From positions 2,304 to 66,303 of the forward strand of contig DASZRG010000033.1 of NCBI GenBank assembly GCA_035549295.1: a stretch of DNA of 64,000 nt, read 5' to 3'. Position 1 is the first letter of the stretch. Each line of letters starts with the position of its first letter. Source of the DNA: Patescibacteria group bacterium (GTDB taxonomy: Bacteria; Patescibacteriota; Microgenomatia; Levybacterales; GWA1-39-11). The position numbers and the translations under genes were made by a program. Below, one piece after another: positions 60,193 through 64,000 of the stretch. A model generated the notes under the pieces. That model saw only the letters and a list, made by a program, of their open reading frames with translations, did no database searches and had not been told where the DNA came from.

Positions 60193-60996
60193 GTGACAGA
60201 AGCACTTTATCTCTTAGGAGAAGCAACGCCAGATCTCCAAGCGTTCGCACTGTCGAACGACTACGAGCTGACACCCGTCACTCCTGACAACTTCCCAACT
60301 CGCAAGATGATCATCCTGAACTCAGGCGGCATCAAGATGATTTGGGAGAAACTTGAGGCATTTCAGATCGCGGTAGGGCTTCACGCTCTGCGATCGCGCC
60401 CGTTCATCTACCTCATCGGCGCTGGCGAGACGGCCTTTGTCCACCTCATGCCAATTCTGATGAGCCAGTATGTCGCAGGAACTGTCCATGCCTCCGACAT
60501 CTCACTGCTGCCCAAGCTTCTTTGCCCAAGGCAGCTGACTGAGGACTGGGACCTGATTGCCAAGCACGTCAACCTGAAGAAGGAGTACGAGGCCGAACTC
60601 GACGGGAAGCATTACCAACCGCATCCTCTCGATCACTTCGAGATCCCTCCCGAGCAGCGGGCTCACCTGGACGAGTGTCCACTCGTGTGCAAGCCAACGG
60701 CTTACACATACCTGAACGCGCAGCAAAAGAACCGTGAACAACCACATCGTCGACAGGTGGTCATCGCTTTCGCGGACCCCGTCTTCGGCAGCCCGTTCGC
60801 GGCTAACCCGATGAACAGCATCTTCGGGAGCTATGGCGGTTTCGGCATGATGGGTCTCGATCCTCTTACCGATGCTCTCGGCGCATTAATTTTTGGGGCT
60901 GCGGATCCTTGGGGCACTGATCCTGATGCCAGGTTCCGTGGATTCCCATACGGTGACGACCTCGGTCGTCGCCCTGGTGGTGGACCACACCGCTGA
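60193..60996 (+). CDS. GC-rich orphan protein with HxxxCxxxC motif
   Basis: 267-aa ORF with SD and GTG start; GC3-rich codons unlike neighbours; AHLDECPLVC. Confidence 0.8.
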   Translation: MTEALYLLGEATPDLQAFALSNDYELTPVTPDNFPTRKMIILNSGGIKMIWEKLEAFQIAVGLHALRSRPFIYLIGAGETAFVHLMPILMSQYVAGTVHASDISLLPKLLCPRQLTEDWDLIAKHVNLKKEYEAELDGKHYQPHPLDHFEIPPEQRAHLDECPLVCKPTAYTYLNAQQKNREQPHRRQVVIAFADPVFGSPFAANPMNSIFGSYGGFGMMGLDPLTDALGALIFGAADPWGTDPDARFRGFPYGDDLGRRPGGGPHR

Positions 60997-61000
60997 CAAC

Positions 61001-61149
61001 TGACGACTAGCTGATGCGAGAGACCGCTTTCTCTCAAGTCGGCTCGGCCGTCACAAATTCCGTAAGAAGTACGCGCCGCGCGGCGAATATCTTCCTGCTC
61101 AGCAGGATAGGCTTCATGCCGAAAAATATTCGCCGCCGGCGCACTTCTT
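61001..61149 (+). other. structured 3' trailer
   Basis: Hairpin 61001-61053, segment 61054-61071 complementary to the leader, branched GC stem to 61149. Confidence 0.65.
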
Positions 61150-61160
61150 TAAAAATTCTT

Positions 61161-61553
61161 CTATTTGACAATAATCGTGCCCTTCATTGATGGGTGGACA
61201 CTACAATGATACGTATATGTACCAGCTTTGCTAAACGTTATACTTCCTGACTGACCTTGCGGTAAGACTCCAGTATCCCAACTATTGTCATCCGCAGTTG
61301 CGCTGTGGCCTGTAGAATCCTGGTTGGTCCAAGTAACTTTATCCCCTACTTTGACTGTCAGTGTCTCGGGTCCAAAAGCGAAATTCTTGATAGTAACTGC
61401 GTTTCCACTCGTGGGCGCCTGAGTCGATTCGTTTGTCGTTGTGTTTTGTTGCATATTCATCTCGCTACTTCCCTTTGAATAGCTTTTCATCAGAAAATAC
61501 CCTCCACCAATTACTATTATTAAAACTATTATTACTATTATGATTTTGTTCAT
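61161..61553 (-). CDS. cupredoxin/plastocyanin-family protein
   Basis: WTNQDSTGHS and YHCSVHPSMKG motifs; SD AAGGGGGTGA. Confidence 0.92.
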   Translation of the reverse strand: MNKIIIVIIVLIIVIGGGYFLMKSYSKGSSEMNMQQNTTTNESTQAPTSGNAVTIKNFAFGPETLTVKVGDKVTWTNQDSTGHSATADDNSWDTGVLPQGQSGSITFSKAGTYTYHCSVHPSMKGTIIVK

Positions 61554-61610
61554 TATTTCACCCCCTTCCGCTTGCTTGTTAATTTCAAAATCTTAAGCTA
61601 CAGTTAAATT

Positions 61611-61988
61611 ATGATACAAAACCAGAAAGCTGTAAATCTGCTCCTTCGAATAAGTATCGCGAGTGTTTTTCTGTATGCTGCTGTCGCCGCGACACTTCAG
61701 CCCCAGAACTGGATCTGGTATATTCCCCAAATTTTAAGAAATATGTTCCCTGGCCCACTACTTCTTCTTAGCTTCTCAGCATATCAGGCGATTTTGAGTA
61801 TTTGGATATTAAGCGGTAAGAAAACGTTTTATGCAGCATCGCTCGCCTGCCTAACATTTATCGGAATCATTGTTGCCAATATAAATTCCATTGATATCCT
61901 TTTCCGCGACCTCACAATCTTCTTCGCCTCACTCGCGCTCGCAGCCGGAGCGTACCCCGCAAAAAATAATGAGGCTGCGAGAAACTAG
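61611..61988 (+). CDS. DoxX-like membrane protein
   Basis: LLLRISIA ... FRDL; four TM segments. Confidence 0.65.
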   Translation: MIQNQKAVNLLLRISIASVFLYAAVAATLQPQNWIWYIPQILRNMFPGPLLLLSFSAYQAILSIWILSGKKTFYAASLACLTFIGIIVANINSIDILFRDLTIFFASLALAAGAYPAKNNEAARN

Positions 61989-62121
61989 AATTTTGGGGTT
62001 GGCATTTGGCGGTTGGCTCTTAGTAAATTAACTAACCCCCAAAAGCTAAGCGCTAACTCCCCAGATGATACTAATCGCCATTGACTTTTCTCAGAATTCA
62101 GCATATTCTTAGATCAACAAC

Positions 62122-62880
62122 ATGATCGAATTCATATTTGTTGTAGCTATCATTTTATTCTTTCTCAGTGTTCGCGTCGTACAGGAATATGACCGCGGAG
62201 TTATATTTTTCCTAGGACGATGCACTGGCGTGCGGGGTCCTGGACTCATACTCCTCATACCTATTTTTGAGCGCATGGTAAACGTAAGCCTCAGAACCAT
62301 AACGATGGAAATCCCATCGCAAAAAATCATCACAAAAGATAATGTATCTATAGATATCGCAGCAGTTGCATACTATCACGTAGTTGACCCCAAAAAGTCA
62401 GTTCTTGCGATTCAAAATGTAAATGAGGCAGTCAATCAAATTAGCCAGACAACTGTCCGCAATGTCGTCGGACAATTTGTACTCGACCAACTCCTATCAA
62501 AAACGGCCGACATTAACTCACAAATTAAAAATGTTATCGACGACCACACAGAGCCTTGGGGTGTTCAAGTAACGGCAGTTGAGATAAAAGATATAACTCT
62601 TCCTGACAATATGCAGCGCGCTATGGCAAAAGAAGCTGAGGCGGAACGCGAGCGACGCGCCAAGATAGTTGCAGCAGAAGGAGAATTCCAAGCAGCTGTC
62701 AAGCTCGGCGAGGCAGCCGATCTTATATCAAAGCACCCAGTTGCGCTACAGCTTAGAACGCTTCAAACAATGGCTGAGATATCGACTGAGAAGAACTCAA
62801 CCATCATCTTCCCTGCACAATTTATGACCACAGTGCAGGACGCCATCAAGACCCTGGCGAGCGACAACAAAAATAAATAG
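62122..62880 (+). CDS. SPFH/stomatin (slipin) family protein
   Basis: [16 protein letters not shown] and [10 protein letters not shown] motifs. Confidence 0.93.
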   Translation: MIEFIFVVAIILFFLSVRVVQEYDRGVIFFLGRCTGVRGPGLILLIPIFERMVNVSLRTITMEIPSQKIITKDNVSIDIAAVAYYHVVDPKKSVLAIQNVNEAVNQISQTTVRNVVGQFVLDQLLSKTADINSQIKNVIDDHTEPWGVQVTAVEIKDITLPDNMQRAMAKEAEAERERRAKIVAAEGEFQAAVKLGEAADLISKHPVALQLRTLQTMAEISTEKNSTIIFPAQFMTTVQDAIKTLASDNKNK

Positions 62881-62962
62881 TAATTAGCAACTAGATACTA
62901 GAAACTAGTAATTTCCGACTTATAGTTTGATATTTGTGGGTGGTTTTTGGTAAAATGCGAGC

Positions 62963-64000
62963 ATGACAGCTGAAAGACCTCTACAAGGTGAAGAATTCAG
63001 ACGAAACGTAGCTTCTGACCCATTTCTTGGTCTCTCGGGAAATCCAGAGCAGCTTGAGATAGATCGTGCATATTTTCACCAGGAAATGAGTCATATCGAA
63101 AATAAAATTCTTGAATACGATTCGTTTACGCCTCATCAAGCGACACTTTTTGGCATGCAACTTCTTGAAGGTGTAATAATCCAATCTGCTATACATGGAA
63201 GATATTTAGCATCTGCTGGGGATCCGATGGGAGCTTTATTGGCAGGAGACGCTGTCTTGTTGATGAGGGAAGAATTTTACCAAGCAAGTCAAGGAAATAA
63301 TTTTGGCTTAAAAAATTTCATAGAAACATACACTAATAATCTTCAATTACCTTCAGATCTTGATCCTTCAAGCATAAATCCTGACGCCATTACTCGAATT
63401 AAGGGTCTCGGAAATAAATATATGCTGATTCATGATGCAATTCCTGACACTGGAGCAGCAGATGACTTGCCTCAGGAACTGGCTTTCTTTAACGGTGGCG
63501 TAATTCGTCCATTCGGTTATGACTATCCAAGAGAGTTTTTTTCTAAGCCTTCCGAATCTTTAGCAGAACTTAGAGTCAAACAAGCAAATATTTTGGTGAA
63601 AGATAATTTACTTGATGATAAGGTTGCAAACCTAGGGGAAGTTAGCGAGGAAGAAGCAATAAGCATTGCACTCGAAGCTTTAGTTATCGAGCAAATTGGT
63701 AACGAGATTATCGCAAGAATGAAATATTGGGAAGGTGATGTGGCTAGTATTGACAGTGCGATGACAGATATTGTGCGAACTGACACTTTTCTACAATTAG
63801 CAAACGAGGGGCAATATATAGGTTTAAGACTTAATTTAGAACAGCGCGCAAGATCCCTAAGAGAATTAGCCGATGCTACAAGTGACCGACCAACTGAAAG
63901 AAGGAAATATTTAAAAGCAATGTTCAAAATAAATGAAATAGGTAATATTGTTCCTGAAACTGGTACACCAATTGATCTTGATAGGATCAAACAGGTTACT
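62963..64000 (+). CDS. hypothetical protein (runs off window end)
   Basis: Hand-translated open frame MTAERPLQG... with no stop to 64000; TGGTAAAAT 6 nt upstream. Confidence 0.8.
   Translation, partial: MTAERPLQGEEFRRNVASDPFLGLSGNPEQLEIDRAYFHQEMSHIENKILEYDSFTPHQATLFGMQLLEGVIIQSAIHGRYLASAGDPMGALLAGDAVLLMREEFYQASQGNNFGLKNFIETYTNNLQLPSDLDPSSINPDAITRIKGLGNKYMLIHDAIPDTGAADDLPQELAFFNGGVIRPFGYDYPREFFSKPSESLAELRVKQANILVKDNLLDDKVANLGEVSEEEAISIALEALVIEQIGNEIIARMKYWEGDVASIDSAMTDIVRTDTFLQLANEGQYIGLRLNLEQRARSLRELADATSDRPTERRKYLKAMFKINEIGNIVPETGTPIDLDRIKQVT

Noticed and set aside
63523-63990. 155-aa minus-strand ORF
   Set aside because: Antisense shadow of the open + frame starting at 62963, which the track omits because it has no stop codon in the window.

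Overview
AT-rich bacterial chromosome segment using genetic code 11. Gene content and style point to Patescibacteria/CPR, probably Microgenomates-like (inference from WKTY-type surface proteins, sortase, extended rplA and many orphans). Housekeeping genes include dprA, mrdA-mreD-mreC, dsbA/dsbB, ndk, an M16 peptidase, argS, galU, secE-nusG-rplK-rplA, galT, era, glgA, glgP and three tRNAs. They are interspersed with orphan genes, a tandem PsbP-like surface-protein array, a RAYT-type Y1 transposase between 69-bp direct repeats, and an accessory region (46-60 kb). Most first-in-unit genes look leaderless, with an extended -10 box 5-10 nt before the ATG. The top candidate for a new system is a GC-rich orphan gene (60193-60996) built like an rRNA precursor: promoter, hairpin, boxA-like motif, structured leader, Shine-Dalgarno, and a long-range stem that closes around the whole CDS. 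Other highlights: a shared MxxE N-terminus on orphan proteins; a terminator-containing candidate riboswitch in a carbonic anhydrase/APC transporter locus; REP-like and short tandem repeats translated in-frame inside dprA and argS; a TrpR-like gene bracketed by a perfect palindrome; and a sigma-region-2-only protein. All calls come from reading the sequence, with no database searches.
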